DNA from: Wickerhamiella versatilis
Lineage: Eukaryota
Length of the DNA stretch: 64,000 nt
NCBI GenBank assembly: GCA_030867685.1
Contig: JAQOWU010000003.1
Location: 372,001 to 436,000 of the forward strand
Reading direction: 5' to 3'
Part shown: positions 10,265-20,504 of the stretch, piece by piece
Layout of the letters: each line of letters opens with the position of its first letter
Position numbering within the stretch: the stretch's first letter is position 1
Notes under the pieces: generated by a model
What the model saw: the letters and a program-made list of their open reading frames with translations, nothing else
Told to the model about the DNA's origin: nothing
Databases searched by the model: none
Translations under genes and position numbers: made by a program

Positions 10265-12766
10265 TTATAAAAGACTAAGAAATCCTAATGTATCTATTTT
10301 CTCGAAGTCCATGTCGTGAGTACTGAAGAAGTTCTCCATGATGGATCCCTCAAGGGCACAACTTGTAAAGTCATCAGTGAGGGCTAAAATTTCAGGCAAT
10401 GATATCACCGGTGCATCGGAGCTGTCACTCCCTCGATGATGCGAGCTAGTCTCCAAGATTGTGTCACTTGTTAGCTGACTAGTTGTATCAATAGCAGACG
10501 AATTGGGCCAAGGCGATCCCGGAATATTGTGATCAATAGACCACTGAGACCCTAGCTTTACCTCTATAGAAGAGATAAAATAATGCAACAATTTTAGGAG
10601 ACTGGCTGATATCGAAGCACGGTCAGACTGAATCCTCCCCTGTAATTCTGATGTGAAAGAAATTTCTCGTTGAAGACTCCGCAAAAGTGCGAGATCACCG
10701 GTAAAGTCCTCATTGCGTAGCACCCCTGCAAGCATGTGCTGGGCGCTCTTGAAATCCTTGTCACTGGTGGGATATCTACCTGGTCCTGATAAGGAGGGAT
10801 TTCGTGTAGGAGGCCGGTAAGGCAAAAACTCTCGGTCACCGTCAGCAGAGTCGTCACTTTCTGACTTCAATAGGAATGCCGTGAATAACATCATAACAGC
10901 ACGCTGTAAACATGAGATATGCGTTCTCATACGAACTGCCGGCGAGCTCTTGAGGACATACTCGAGCCTCAGTATTTGACGAGATGCCTCAATAACGCGG
11001 AACGCACTTAGCGGAAAATTTCCTGTCCGAAGATGAAGAGCGAAAAAACCTTCGTGCATGTTCAAAATAGATTTCGTAACAATAAGAGCTGAAAAACAAT
11101 CAATCGCAAAATTACAAGGCAACTTACGCTGAGAAGGGTCGTAATGCATCAACATGTCGATTGCTCTTTCTGAGGAAAATTGACAGGTAATTGGATTTAA
11201 AACAGATTCATCGACAAGCCCACGTTCGGTGATAAACGACGTAGCAAAGCTCCTTTCTAGCTGCTTGAGAAACTCCATTATACCAAGGTTTTGATTTTTC
11301 TCATAGACAGCCTGGGCTGTGGTAATGAGACTATGATGACCTAGATTGACCCAGCAGGTGTCCGTAACTTCCTGTAAGGTTGACTGAATTCGAGATAAGT
11401 CAAGCTGTTTGACGTCTCTGTCCGTTAAGTTTGCATATTCCGGCTGTAGCAATGTTCTCAATCTGCAATTTACAGGTAGTGGGATTTCAGCAATTTTGGA
11501 ATCTGATCTAAAGCAGCCAGATATACTATCTCTTGCATACCTGATGGTCACCGACAAAAGTATCCGCCTGCGGATCTCTCGGTTTAACAGAATATTGTCG
11601 GGGGGTAAAGAGTGATCATAAGGAACATTTGAACCTAGGTGAAAATCCTCAGCATGGTAATTGAGCTTGAAACAGTCACGATAAGACAGAATAATATATG
11701 ACTCGCCTGCTCCTTTGGCGTGGCCATAATACAGGGAGCAGTAATCCGATAGAAGAATGGCCGCTTGAATAGTTCGCATGGTAGGACGCTCTAGCCATTC
11801 GACAATATCTAGAGACTTTGCACTAGCCAAATGAAGGCTCATCACAAAATCATCTAAGCTCCCAGTTTTTATTGCCTTTGGAAATTCAACCTTGAAACTG
11901 CCCTGAAAGACGCAGAGGACTGTTGCGACTATGACAAGTAAAATAGAGACAAAAGCAGGATCAATATGCGTATAAATTGTCTCATAGCTAGAATGTTCTG
12001 ATATAAGCTGTTTAAAAGCCTGAAAACTGCCATCTAGTATTTCTGGAAAAACGGTCCCCCAACACCAATTCATATGCTCAAAGTAATAATCCAGGCACTT
12101 TTCAATTGTGGATAACGGGGGAAGAACATCATATACAGCTTTAAGCTCGTTAAGTTTTGTGCCATCCCGTATCTCAGGAACCATGAGAGACTTCCTATAC
12201 GACCACGACTCCGACCGAGACATGAGAGAATCAGGCGCAGCAGGGATATTTCGCCCTTTGCTTTCAGAAAATAGCGCCAAAAAGTGACGTGATGCGCGAG
12301 AATGAATCAAGCACTTCCTCGAAGAACTCTCCCGGCTATCTTTACATGAACAGCTTGGACTAGGATTTTCAGGCTCTCTAGATATGATGCGATCAAAAAC
12401 TGTGTCATGCTGCGAGTCTAAATATGAGATGATGCCTATTGCTGTAGGAACAGGTTCACGAAGAGGCTTTCGTGGATTGTCTCTTGAAGCACGCGAGCTT
12501 GTCTCGTTTGAGCTACTCACACCAGACGTGACTCTTTCATTCGAATTTTGGCATACCGATGCAAAGCCAGAAGAACCACTTTTTCTAAAATTTCTTTTTG
12601 GCTCTGGCAAATTCGGAACAATACATAAATGTTCTAATTGCTTTTTTGTACAGAAACCACATGGAAACTTTCGGTCACATTTCACCTTTCGGGCTCTACA
12701 AACAGCACAAGAAACTGCAGGTCGATTCCGGATTCTCGGGCTATTTGGCCCGACATTTTTGGCCAT
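10265..12766 (-). CDS. Zn(II)2Cys6 transcription factor, probable URC-cluster regulator (Urc2-like role)
   Basis: SCAVCRARKVKCDRKFPCGFCTKKQLEHLC binuclear cluster plus a fungal TF middle-homology region. It lies between UPRT and URC1. Confidence 0.9.
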   Translation of the reverse strand: MAKNVGPNSPRIRNRPAVSCAVCRARKVKCDRKFPCGFCTKKQLEHLCIVPNLPEPKRNFRKSGSSGFASVCQNSNERVTSGVSSSNETSSRASRDNPRKPLREPVPTAIGIISYLDSQHDTVFDRIISREPENPSPSCSCKDSRESSSRKCLIHSRASRHFLALFSESKGRNIPAAPDSLMSRSESWSYRKSLMVPEIRDGTKLNELKAVYDVLPPLSTIEKCLDYYFEHMNWCWGTVFPEILDGSFQAFKQLISEHSSYETIYTHIDPAFVSILLVIVATVLCVFQGSFKVEFPKAIKTGSLDDFVMSLHLASAKSLDIVEWLERPTMRTIQAAILLSDYCSLYYGHAKGAGESYIILSYRDCFKLNYHAEDFHLGSNVPYDHSLPPDNILLNREIRRRILLSVTIRYARDSISGCFRSDSKIAEIPLPVNCRLRTLLQPEYANLTDRDVKQLDLSRIQSTLQEVTDTCWVNLGHHSLITTAQAVYEKNQNLGIMEFLKQLERSFATSFITERGLVDESVLNPITCQFSSERAIDMLMHYDPSQRKLPCNFAIDCFSALIVTKSILNMHEGFFALHLRTGNFPLSAFRVIEASRQILRLEYVLKSSPAVRMRTHISCLQRAVMMLFTAFLLKSESDDSADGDREFLPYRPPTRNPSLSGPGRYPTSDKDFKSAQHMLAGVLRNEDFTGDLALLRSLQREISFTSELQGRIQSDRASISASLLKLLHYFISSIEVKLGSQWSIDHNIPGSPWPNSSAIDTTSQLTSDTILETSSHHRGSDSSDAPVISLPEILALTDDFTSCALEGSIMENFFSTHDMDFEKIDTLGFLSLL

Positions 12767-13038
12767 TTACCGACAAGTTTCAGTTGAATAAGGTCCGATT
12801 TGTTTAGTCAGATATACAAGGGACAACGAACTGGCTGAGATAAACTGGCATGATTCTCACCCTGGAGTAAAATTTGAGATTGGCGAGGGAAATAATTTGA
12901 CTTATAAGAGCGTAAATTCTGTACAACGGAAAAGTACGTGAATTTAATTAGACTTTAGTGCCCCAAGCTTCCTAAGGTAGTATCTCCAGTGGGGAGGGGG
13001 AGGGTAAGGGCAGTCATGATAAGACGCCACATACAGCT

Positions 13039-13080
13039 CTTATCCCCGAGGCTGCTTAGCTCCGAGAGGGCGTAACCCCG
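13039..13080 (+). promoter_or_regulatory. Three C(C/T)CCG half-sites at 16-bp period plus GATA sites in the TF/URC1 divergent promoter
   Basis: CCCCG 13044, CTCCG 13060 and CCCCG 13076. GATAAG 13018, CTTATC 13039, GATAA 13083 and 13089. TATAAA near 13108. Confidence 0.62.
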
Positions 13081-13179
13081 TTGATAATGATAACAGGGTT
13101 TGTAACATATAAAGGAGCTAGCCCCACTAGCAATTTCCAATTAGTGGTATTCAGACCCTGACACTAACTACTTTACAGC

Positions 13180-14823
13180 ATGGTTGAGGTCTCCAGTGGA
13201 GTTCTCAATGATATACTGTCTGAACTACGGACTCTGAAGGTTGGGCAGGATTATCTCGATGCCAAGATCACCAATCTTGAGAACGAGGTTTTTCAGACCA
13301 AGTCTATCAAGCCATCGTCAGAAGAGAGCTCGTACGTGATGATATCCCCTGAATTCCGTGGAATTAAGCAGGAACACGCCTTGCCCTCACCACAGGAACT
13401 TCAGCTCCCTGAATCTGGTGTCGAGCTTTCACAAGTGCCGGCGAAGTCCACAGATGCCAACCCTTATATTGGTCGCGCTATTCTGACAACATTTCCAGAC
13501 CAAATAGGTGTGAAGCCTATACCACTTAAGTGGGGGGCGAAGAGCCCTGAAGAGAGAGGACCTATTCTGGCCTCTCGGCAGCAAGCATCGCTTAAGGTTC
13601 GCAATGCCATTGGGGCATATTGTGGGTCTTATTCAATTTACCGCGCTCTAGCGGTAGCTTCAGGTGCCATAAACCCAAACCATCATCCAGACTACAGCAA
13701 TACAGAACCACCATTTGAAATAAAGCACAATCCATCATGGGATGACCCTGAGAAGATTGTGGCTTTGGATCCTTATGGACACCTTGTACCACAAGTTTTT
13801 TCAAAGTATTTGAAGATGGACCTTGATGTACGTCCTACAATTGCAGTTACCAAGGCCCATATCAAGCTTATTGACCTTAACGAAGCTGTTAGACTTGGAA
13901 ACCTTGAGGTTGACAATAAGATTGTCATAAGAACTCCAACTGATTGGGTACACCAAACCCGTCAAACATCTATGGGCGAGACTCGTACGTCCCGTATTGA
14001 TACAGATGAAGCCTTGCTTAAGCACAAGGAGGATCATCAGTTTGACGGCGGTGTAGAACTCAATGTTTCCAAGGCGGCTGTAGAGCCTGTATGGAATCTG
14101 CCGGGTGTTGCTAATCGATTTGGGATAATGGAGGAGAAGCTTCGTCGTGCGCTTTTTGAAGAAACCGGCGGCATGTATCCGGAGCTTATCACCCGACCCG
14201 ATCTTAAAGTCTTTTTGCCTCCAATTGGTGGATTGACTGCATATATATTTGGTCCTCCAGAGTATCTGAGTGATGAGACAAAAGAACTTACCCTTCGTGT
14301 GCATGATGAGTGCAATGGCTCAGATGTGTTCGGCTCAGATATTTGTACGTGCCGGCCGTACCTTATTTATGGTATAGAAGAGGCTGTGAGATGTGCTCAG
14401 CGTGGTGGTGTCGGTGTCGTGGTCTACTTCAGGAAAGAAGGGCGCGCTTTGGGCGAAGTTATCAAATACCTCGTCTACAATGCGCGCAAGCGTGGTGGTG
14501 ATAATGCAACGCAATATTTCCAGCGTACGGAGGATATCGCGGGGGTCAAAGATATGAGATTTCAGGCACTTATGCCTGATGTGCTCCACTGGTTGGGTAT
14601 CAAAAAGATTGACAACATGATTTCAATGTCGGACATGAAGTATGATGCTATTGTTGGTTCCGGGATACCAATTCTCAAAAGATACGAAATTCCCGAGGAG
14701 CTGATTCCTCCGGATTCACGTGTTGAAATTGATGCAAAAATAGCAGCTGGTTATTATTCAACCACGAAAATCAAGGATCTTTCAAAGACGCGCGGTCGTC
14801 TTTGGGAGGATTTGACACATTAG
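13180..14823 (+). CDS. URC1: Uracil catabolism protein Urc1/urg1 (GTP cyclohydrolase II-like)
   Basis: WGA...RGP, RNAIGA..GSYSIYRALA, RVHDECNGSDVFGSDICTCRPYL, YFRKEGRALGEV.KYLVYNARKR, DMRFQALMPD and VEIDAKI.AGY motifs. Confidence 0.95.
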   Translation: MVEVSSGVLNDILSELRTLKVGQDYLDAKITNLENEVFQTKSIKPSSEESSYVMISPEFRGIKQEHALPSPQELQLPESGVELSQVPAKSTDANPYIGRAILTTFPDQIGVKPIPLKWGAKSPEERGPILASRQQASLKVRNAIGAYCGSYSIYRALAVASGAINPNHHPDYSNTEPPFEIKHNPSWDDPEKIVALDPYGHLVPQVFSKYLKMDLDVRPTIAVTKAHIKLIDLNEAVRLGNLEVDNKIVIRTPTDWVHQTRQTSMGETRTSRIDTDEALLKHKEDHQFDGGVELNVSKAAVEPVWNLPGVANRFGIMEEKLRRALFEETGGMYPELITRPDLKVFLPPIGGLTAYIFGPPEYLSDETKELTLRVHDECNGSDVFGSDICTCRPYLIYGIEEAVRCAQRGGVGVVVYFRKEGRALGEVIKYLVYNARKRGGDNATQYFQRTEDIAGVKDMRFQALMPDVLHWLGIKKIDNMISMSDMKYDAIVGSGIPILKRYEIPEELIPPDSRVEIDAKIAAGYYSTTKIKDLSKTRGRLWEDLTH

Positions 14824-15039
14824 AATAGTAATTGTCCGTCCATAATTTTGATGAATTGATGTTAGAAGCAGATAATTATATATATGTATATTATATTCAA
14901 AATATCTTGTAAGCTCGTCAAGCTCGTCTTCCCTTTTTCACAGATATTGTGGAATCGAGTAATCATGAACCATCTGTTTTAAATGCATTAAGATACAATA
15001 TAACCCAATAACCTATCATTTGTTCTACAGATTTTTAAG

Positions 15040-16338
15040 TCAAAATACAGTTCCATCGAGAATAAGCTTCAGAGGAGGACCACGTGACTCCGGACGAAGT
15101 TTTGCAGCAACTTCCCTTCCAAGCTTCCAAGTTCCTGCCTCTAGAATTTGAGGAAGAGTCAAATTGTTTTTCATAGCCTTATGTCGCAGAATTTCAGCTA
15201 CCTTGTCAATGGAAATGACCGTCAAAGCTCTCCATTCAACTATAGCAGGATGAGATGCACCCATGGCAGGTATATCAGAGAGAGAATTCACATTATTAGG
15301 ATCGAGACCGAATGACGCCGCCAGTTGTGACAGCTTTGGAGTAAAAACACCGCGGTCGATGAATAGTCCGCCGTTCCTATATTCTGGAAGACCTGTCATT
15401 GCATCCATATTACTCACGACACAATCGAGAGATTTCTGAAGAACCTCAATTAAGGAATAAGTGAGCCACTGGGACAACTTATGAAATGGAACAAGATTCA
15501 CCGAGTTAGTACTACCCAATGCCGGACATTCCCATACATCCCCGAGAATAGTTTTTCCATATACCACCCTACCCTCCGTAGGCCAAATCTTTTGAAAACC
15601 GTATATAACGGCTCTCCAAAGATCATGCGTATCAATACCAAAGCCTATTGGCTTACTTGTCCCAGAAAGATGCTGTAAATAATCTATCATATATCCAGGT
15701 CTCTGTTTCTCCCTATTTCGCCCGAAATAGTCCTCCTTCTCATATTGAGAAATCACAGTACCCAACTTGGTCAAAAGACTCGCACGTGAATCGGCACCCT
15801 GCAGGGGATTCGAGGTTGAAACTTGAAGTCCTTCTTCCAGTTTAGCCGCGGTCACCTTGACTAAACCACTTGAATCACATTGATATGGATTCTGTGGATC
15901 AGAGCTAAAATCACCGTTCTTAAACATGAAAAAACTGGCAAGTGCCAGTCCTTCACTGCGCGCCACTGCCTCATGGGTGTCTGGTGTGATAAACTTCCAA
16001 CGATCTCCTGCTCCTGCATCTAGAAGTACTGATACAACCATTAAATCAAAGAGCCGTCGAGCAATATCAAGCTTGCTCACATGTGATAACTCCCACTCTT
16101 CAATGAGCTTTTCCAAACGCCCTCCCAAGAAATGTCTCCATCGGCCATGAGGGGGAATCTTCTCAAAGTTACCATAGTCTCTTTGAACTAAAGATATGAC
16201 ATCACTAGCAATACTGTCCAAGTTTTCCGGATGAAGTTTCCAATACTGGAGCTCATCATCAAGGGCAAGAGAATACACTTTACCACATTTTTCCCTGATG
16301 GCAGGTAGGCTCATCAAATAATCCACTTTGTCGCTCAT
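15040..16338 (-). CDS. URC4: Uracil catabolism protein Urc4/urg3 (DUF1688)
   Basis: IPPHGRWRHF, VSVLLDAGAG..W, RSEGLALAS, FHKLSQWLTYSL, TGLPEYRNGGLF, VEWRALTV, LEAGTWK.GR and C-terminal DGTVF. ATG at 16338. Confidence 0.95.
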   Translation of the reverse strand: MSDKVDYLMSLPAIREKCGKVYSLALDDELQYWKLHPENLDSIASDVISLVQRDYGNFEKIPPHGRWRHFLGGRLEKLIEEWELSHVSKLDIARRLFDLMVVSVLLDAGAGDRWKFITPDTHEAVARSEGLALASFFMFKNGDFSSDPQNPYQCDSSGLVKVTAAKLEEGLQVSTSNPLQGADSRASLLTKLGTVISQYEKEDYFGRNREKQRPGYMIDYLQHLSGTSKPIGFGIDTHDLWRAVIYGFQKIWPTEGRVVYGKTILGDVWECPALGSTNSVNLVPFHKLSQWLTYSLIEVLQKSLDCVVSNMDAMTGLPEYRNGGLFIDRGVFTPKLSQLAASFGLDPNNVNSLSDIPAMGASHPAIVEWRALTVISIDKVAEILRHKAMKNNLTLPQILEAGTWKLGREVAAKLRPESRGPPLKLILDGTVF

Positions 16339-16485
16339 CAAGTCTAACTAATTCACTCCGGTCCAAAATTCAGATTCCGTGCGATTTTTGTTTTCTCCTG
16401 AATGAATACCAAGATATCCGTGAGTTAGCGTTGTCCTGCTCCGCTTATCACATTCAAGATAGGATATTTAAGCCGCCATCAATAT

Positions 16486-16521
16486 CCCCGCAAATCCTTA
16501 ACCCCGATATGCTTAGATAAG
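16486..16521. promoter_or_regulatory. Paired CCCCG half-sites 16 bp apart in the URC4 promoter, with GATA sites
   Basis: CCCCG at 16486 and 16502 (TAACCCCG). GATAAG at 16516 and CTTATC at 16444. Confidence 0.6.
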
Positions 16522-16792
16522 AAAACTTTTGTCAGCTGGTCCCCTAGCTTTTTGTAGTTATTATTGCAATTCTTGTGGTTATTGAGTCCTCACTGAAATT
16601 TCTCTAAGTATTTTTTCTTTAACTTAAGCAATGATCTCATGAATAGCTGGTACCCACGTTCCTGGTATATTTTGCGTGCTACTCTGTACGAACACACCTA
16701 ATTTGCTTCTAAACTCATTAAAACAATAAATTAATGAAGAATAATTATTATAAGTAGGCGAACGAGACCAACTCAAATGAATTATTAGGTGT

Positions 16793-18463
16793 TTACGTCT
16801 GCTCTTTCTCGTCAAGGAATTTATAGTAGCGTGAGGCACATTTAATACGCCACCGCTTGCCAAAAATAATTGTTGGAATGCCTAAAATCATACTAATCCA
16901 GACAATTCCACCATAAAATGTAAAAGCAGGACCGTATCCGCTGGTATCAACAAAAGGTTGAATTGAGTATGAAAACGCAAAATTTATGAGCGATGAACAG
17001 ATAGCCAATACAACAGTTATCTCACCGCCGATACCTTGGAAACACTCCATAGCATAAGCGGTCGCTATGCCGGAAATTGAGACCTGGTGTGCAATCAGAA
17101 GTGCGAGACCAACAGCAATGACAGGCCAAGGATCTTCCTTCTGAGAGCCCCAACCATACATCATATAGCCAGAAGCGGCATAAATAAATGGAATGATTAT
17201 GACATATAGTCTGGCCTCTGGCTCTTTGATACCATTGTTGCGCCTGGCAACAAATAAAACAACATGATCAGATAAATAGCTGGTCAAATACCCCACAATA
17301 TTCCCGACAAATGCACCAAAACATATAAGACCAGCCTGGGTAGTTGAAAAGTTATAAGGAGACTCAGTGACAATTTCTGAGATAGTGTTGAATGATAAAA
17401 TACCCGCGCTACAGCCACAGGAAAACATCAAGCCGGAAATAAGAACGTTTGGAAACAAGAAGATAAAGAAAGGTCTGCGAAAATATTCCCAAAATGTTGT
17501 TTTGTCTTCAGGCCATAATGTCCACAATGACAATCTTCTCCAGTAATTTCTCGAGACATATGCATGATCATTATCAACATCATGCTCATTAGCGCCGAGA
17601 TTCGCGGGGATTTCCTGCGCTTTTGCAGTATTGATCGACTTTGAATCGGAATTTTCGAAACCTCTTAAGTCTTTATGATCCCCCTTACTGTTTTCACTCG
17701 GAACTTTCTCCGCGCTGTTCTCTCCTCTAAGAAATTCAATTTTTGAAAAGGCCAACATTGCAAACCGCGGAAAGGATGTTTCATCAAAGGTGAAGAAAAA
17801 GAGAACTAGTACAACTCCATTTGAAATAGCGGAAATATACTGAGACCATCTCCATCCAACAGAATCTGCGATATTACCTCCGGATATCAACCCCACGACT
17901 GAACCAAGCTGTTGGCCGAAAAGATAGACCGAGAGGGCCCGGCCCCTTTCATGAGCGAAAAAAGTGTCGAATATAGAAAGTTGTATCACAGCTTCATAGG
18001 CACTTGTTCCTATGCCACCTAAAATACACGCAAGATACCATTGTGCTGTTCCTGAGAAAGCGCCATTCCATACTGCTCCACCCAAACAAAACGCAGTAGA
18101 GAGACAAAAAACGAATCTCCTACCAATTTTCATCGCTGCCGGAATCCAAAAGATGTTAATAAATCCCAGAAGAAGATAATTCAATGCAGACCCCCCATTC
18201 ATGTTTGCAATGGACACATTTGTATCTTCAGAGACTGTCGTCCATGCTGCACCAAGTGTATTTTCCGCGAAAGAAAAGGAACAGGCGTAAAATGCTAGAA
18301 GAAATAGGTGCCAGTACTTCTTCGGTCTGCTCCATGTTAACGGGTCTCGAGTAGAATTCGTTGGCGGGGGTATAAGAACAACATCACCTGTATGCTCTTG
18401 TGACAGCAAGTTGTTGTTGTCTATTAGTAGCTCGGTTCCAGGAATTTCGCGCTCTTCAAACAT
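16793..18463 (-). CDS. MFS transporter (fungal HOL1-like/DHA1-related)
   Basis: N-terminal IPGT..L...VLIPPP....DPL.WS..KK motif, GRR, FFAHERG, GWRW and EPEARL, with about 12 TM segments. Confidence 0.88.
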   Translation of the reverse strand: MFEEREIPGTELLIDNNNLLSQEHTGDVVLIPPPTNSTRDPLTWSRPKKYWHLFLLAFYACSFSFAENTLGAAWTTVSEDTNVSIANMNGGSALNYLLLGFINIFWIPAAMKIGRRFVFCLSTAFCLGGAVWNGAFSGTAQWYLACILGGIGTSAYEAVIQLSIFDTFFAHERGRALSVYLFGQQLGSVVGLISGGNIADSVGWRWSQYISAISNGVVLVLFFFTFDETSFPRFAMLAFSKIEFLRGENSAEKVPSENSKGDHKDLRGFENSDSKSINTAKAQEIPANLGANEHDVDNDHAYVSRNYWRRLSLWTLWPEDKTTFWEYFRRPFFIFLFPNVLISGLMFSCGCSAGILSFNTISEIVTESPYNFSTTQAGLICFGAFVGNIVGYLTSYLSDHVVLFVARRNNGIKEPEARLYVIIIPFIYAASGYMMYGWGSQKEDPWPVIAVGLALLIAHQVSISGIATAYAMECFQGIGGEITVVLAICSSLINFAFSYSIQPFVDTSGYGPAFTFYGGIVWISMILGIPTIIFGKRWRIKCASRYYKFLDEKEQT

Positions 18464-18828
18464 CGTTTTTCGTGATTATTGTCCCTCAAATTCACCTCAA
18501 ACCCGGCTAAATAATGTAAGATAAGAATGCTGATAAAACCTCGGAATGAGATGCCTGTATTTAGATAGATTACGTACGGAATCCAGGAGACATCCGACGA
18601 CGAAGACGAAGGGGCGCTTACCATGGAGATCTAACCATCGCTTGCTCTGCTGTTATACAATTTACTGGCCTATGTGCCACTAATTGACTGATTCGCTAGC
18701 TCATCATTAGACGTCTCGGAATACTATAGTCTGAGATCATCTGATAAATTACATAAGAATAATCTGCATATATAGCAATTGTGTTGCCATCGAAATAATC
18801 AGGGAAGGACAACTCTTTTGTTCTAGGT

Positions 18829-20169
18829 ATGTCGGAGAAACAATCGGTTCTAATCATTGGCGGTGGGACATGGGGCCTCTCTATCTCCCTCGAGCTATCT
18901 CGAGCTGGCTATGCAGATATCAAAGTATTAGACCCGTTTTCCATTCCTAGTCCATTAGCAGCTGGCAATGATGTCAATAAAATTGTGGAAAAACCTGGCA
19001 TACTGCCATCCGTTGGCGATATATCAGAAGCCTTTGAACGCTCTCTCACTATTGCTATGGACGCATGGACACATGATCCTATCTATATGCCATACTTCCA
19101 TCCCACTGGTCTTATTCTGGCCTCGTCTTCACCAGAAGCGTTAGCCAGATTGGGTCCTCCAGAAGATTATGAAAAAAGTCCTTACTTTCAGAGGCTTGAA
19201 ACAGCTGAAGACTTTCGGAAGACTATGCCTGAGGGCGTACTCACAGGCGACTTTTCTAATTGGGAAGGATGGTACACATCAGAAGGGTCTGGATGGTGTC
19301 ATGCTAGCAAAACATTGACTGCAGTTTACTTAGAGGCTGCCAAGAGGGGTGTGAAATTCATTACAGGTCATAATGGAAATGTAGCTCGTCTTTTATATGA
19401 TGGGGACAGGGTAAAAGGGGCTAAAGCATTTAATGGAGCCGAACATTATGCAGATATTGTGGTACTATGTGCTGGAAGCTACTCGAATGAAATTTTTGAC
19501 TTCAAGGACCAGCTGCGACCAACTGCATGGACATTAGCTCACATTAAAATGACTCCTCAAGAGCAGGAGAAATACAAGAATCTACCTGTTTTGTTTAACA
19601 ATGAGCTTGGATTTTTTATGGAACCAGATGTTGACCGCGGTGAGTTAAAGATTTGCGACGAGCATCCTGGATACTGTAACTGGCTCTGCGATAATGATCT
19701 CCCAAAGCATGTTATCGGTGGTCCTGTCAGAAAAGGAAAGCGATCCATCCCATATGGTCGGCATGGTATTCCCAAATCATCTGAACAGCAGATCCGCAAA
19801 TTTCTTCAGGCCACAATGCCGCACCTAGCCGACAGGCCCTTAAACTTCGGCCGAATTTGCTGGGACGCCGACACTCCTGATAGAGCTTTTCTCATAGACA
19901 GAGTTCCAGAATATGAATCCTCATTAATAGTTGCAGTAGGAGGAAGTGGAAACGGGGTAATGAATATGCCAGCTATAGGGAAAATTGTGCGAAGTATTAT
20001 CGAAAATAACGAACCCGAAATTTTCAAAAAAGTATTTCGCTGGAGGCCAGAAACTGCCATATCCCGCGACTTCAGCGATACACAAGGAAGATTTGGAGCT
20101 CACAACAAGGTCATGGATTTTCAGAAGGTTGAAACGTGGGTTGACCTTCCCTATACAACCCCGTTTTGA
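18829..20169 (+). CDS. Fructosyl-amino acid oxidase (amadoriase), FAD-dependent
   Basis: IIGGGTWG FAD motif, AAGNDVNKI, QLRPTAWTLAHI, LKICDEHPGY, RICWDADT (covalent-FAD Cys region), VGGSGNG and RWRPE...DTQ.RFG...VMDF. These resemble Aspergillus amadoriase I as recalled. Confidence 0.88.
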   Translation: MSEKQSVLIIGGGTWGLSISLELSRAGYADIKVLDPFSIPSPLAAGNDVNKIVEKPGILPSVGDISEAFERSLTIAMDAWTHDPIYMPYFHPTGLILASSSPEALARLGPPEDYEKSPYFQRLETAEDFRKTMPEGVLTGDFSNWEGWYTSEGSGWCHASKTLTAVYLEAAKRGVKFITGHNGNVARLLYDGDRVKGAKAFNGAEHYADIVVLCAGSYSNEIFDFKDQLRPTAWTLAHIKMTPQEQEKYKNLPVLFNNELGFFMEPDVDRGELKICDEHPGYCNWLCDNDLPKHVIGGPVRKGKRSIPYGRHGIPKSSEQQIRKFLQATMPHLADRPLNFGRICWDADTPDRAFLIDRVPEYESSLIVAVGGSGNGVMNMPAIGKIVRSIIENNEPEIFKKVFRWRPETAISRDFSDTQGRFGAHNKVMDFQKVETWVDLPYTTPF

Positions 20170-20504
20170 AGGCTAACACGGTTGGCAATTTTATACTAGA
20201 GGGAAATACTTTTTATTTCAGAGATAAGCCTGTTCTAGTTGGAAATAAGAGCTAAGACCTCTTTGAGAATCTCATTATAAATGAATTACTACATAGAGTC
20301 ATAATCGCATCACATAGCGAAACCATAGCTATTGGTCAAATTTAAAGTAAATATTACAATACTAATTCAGAATATAGGTCGTTTTAAACTAATTGGGCAT
20401 AATTGCGCTATTTCACCAGAAACATATACACATCCCACAGTAATAAAAAGCAGTCACCAATAGATACTTTAACTGATATCATATTACAGTGTATTTTTGA
20501 CAAA

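Noticed and set aside
13147-13178. ACTAAC...CAG directly before the URC1 ATG, suggesting a 5'-UTR intron
   Set aside because: The only donor downstream of the TATA box is a weak GTATTC giving a 32-nt intron. Unsupported without RNA data.
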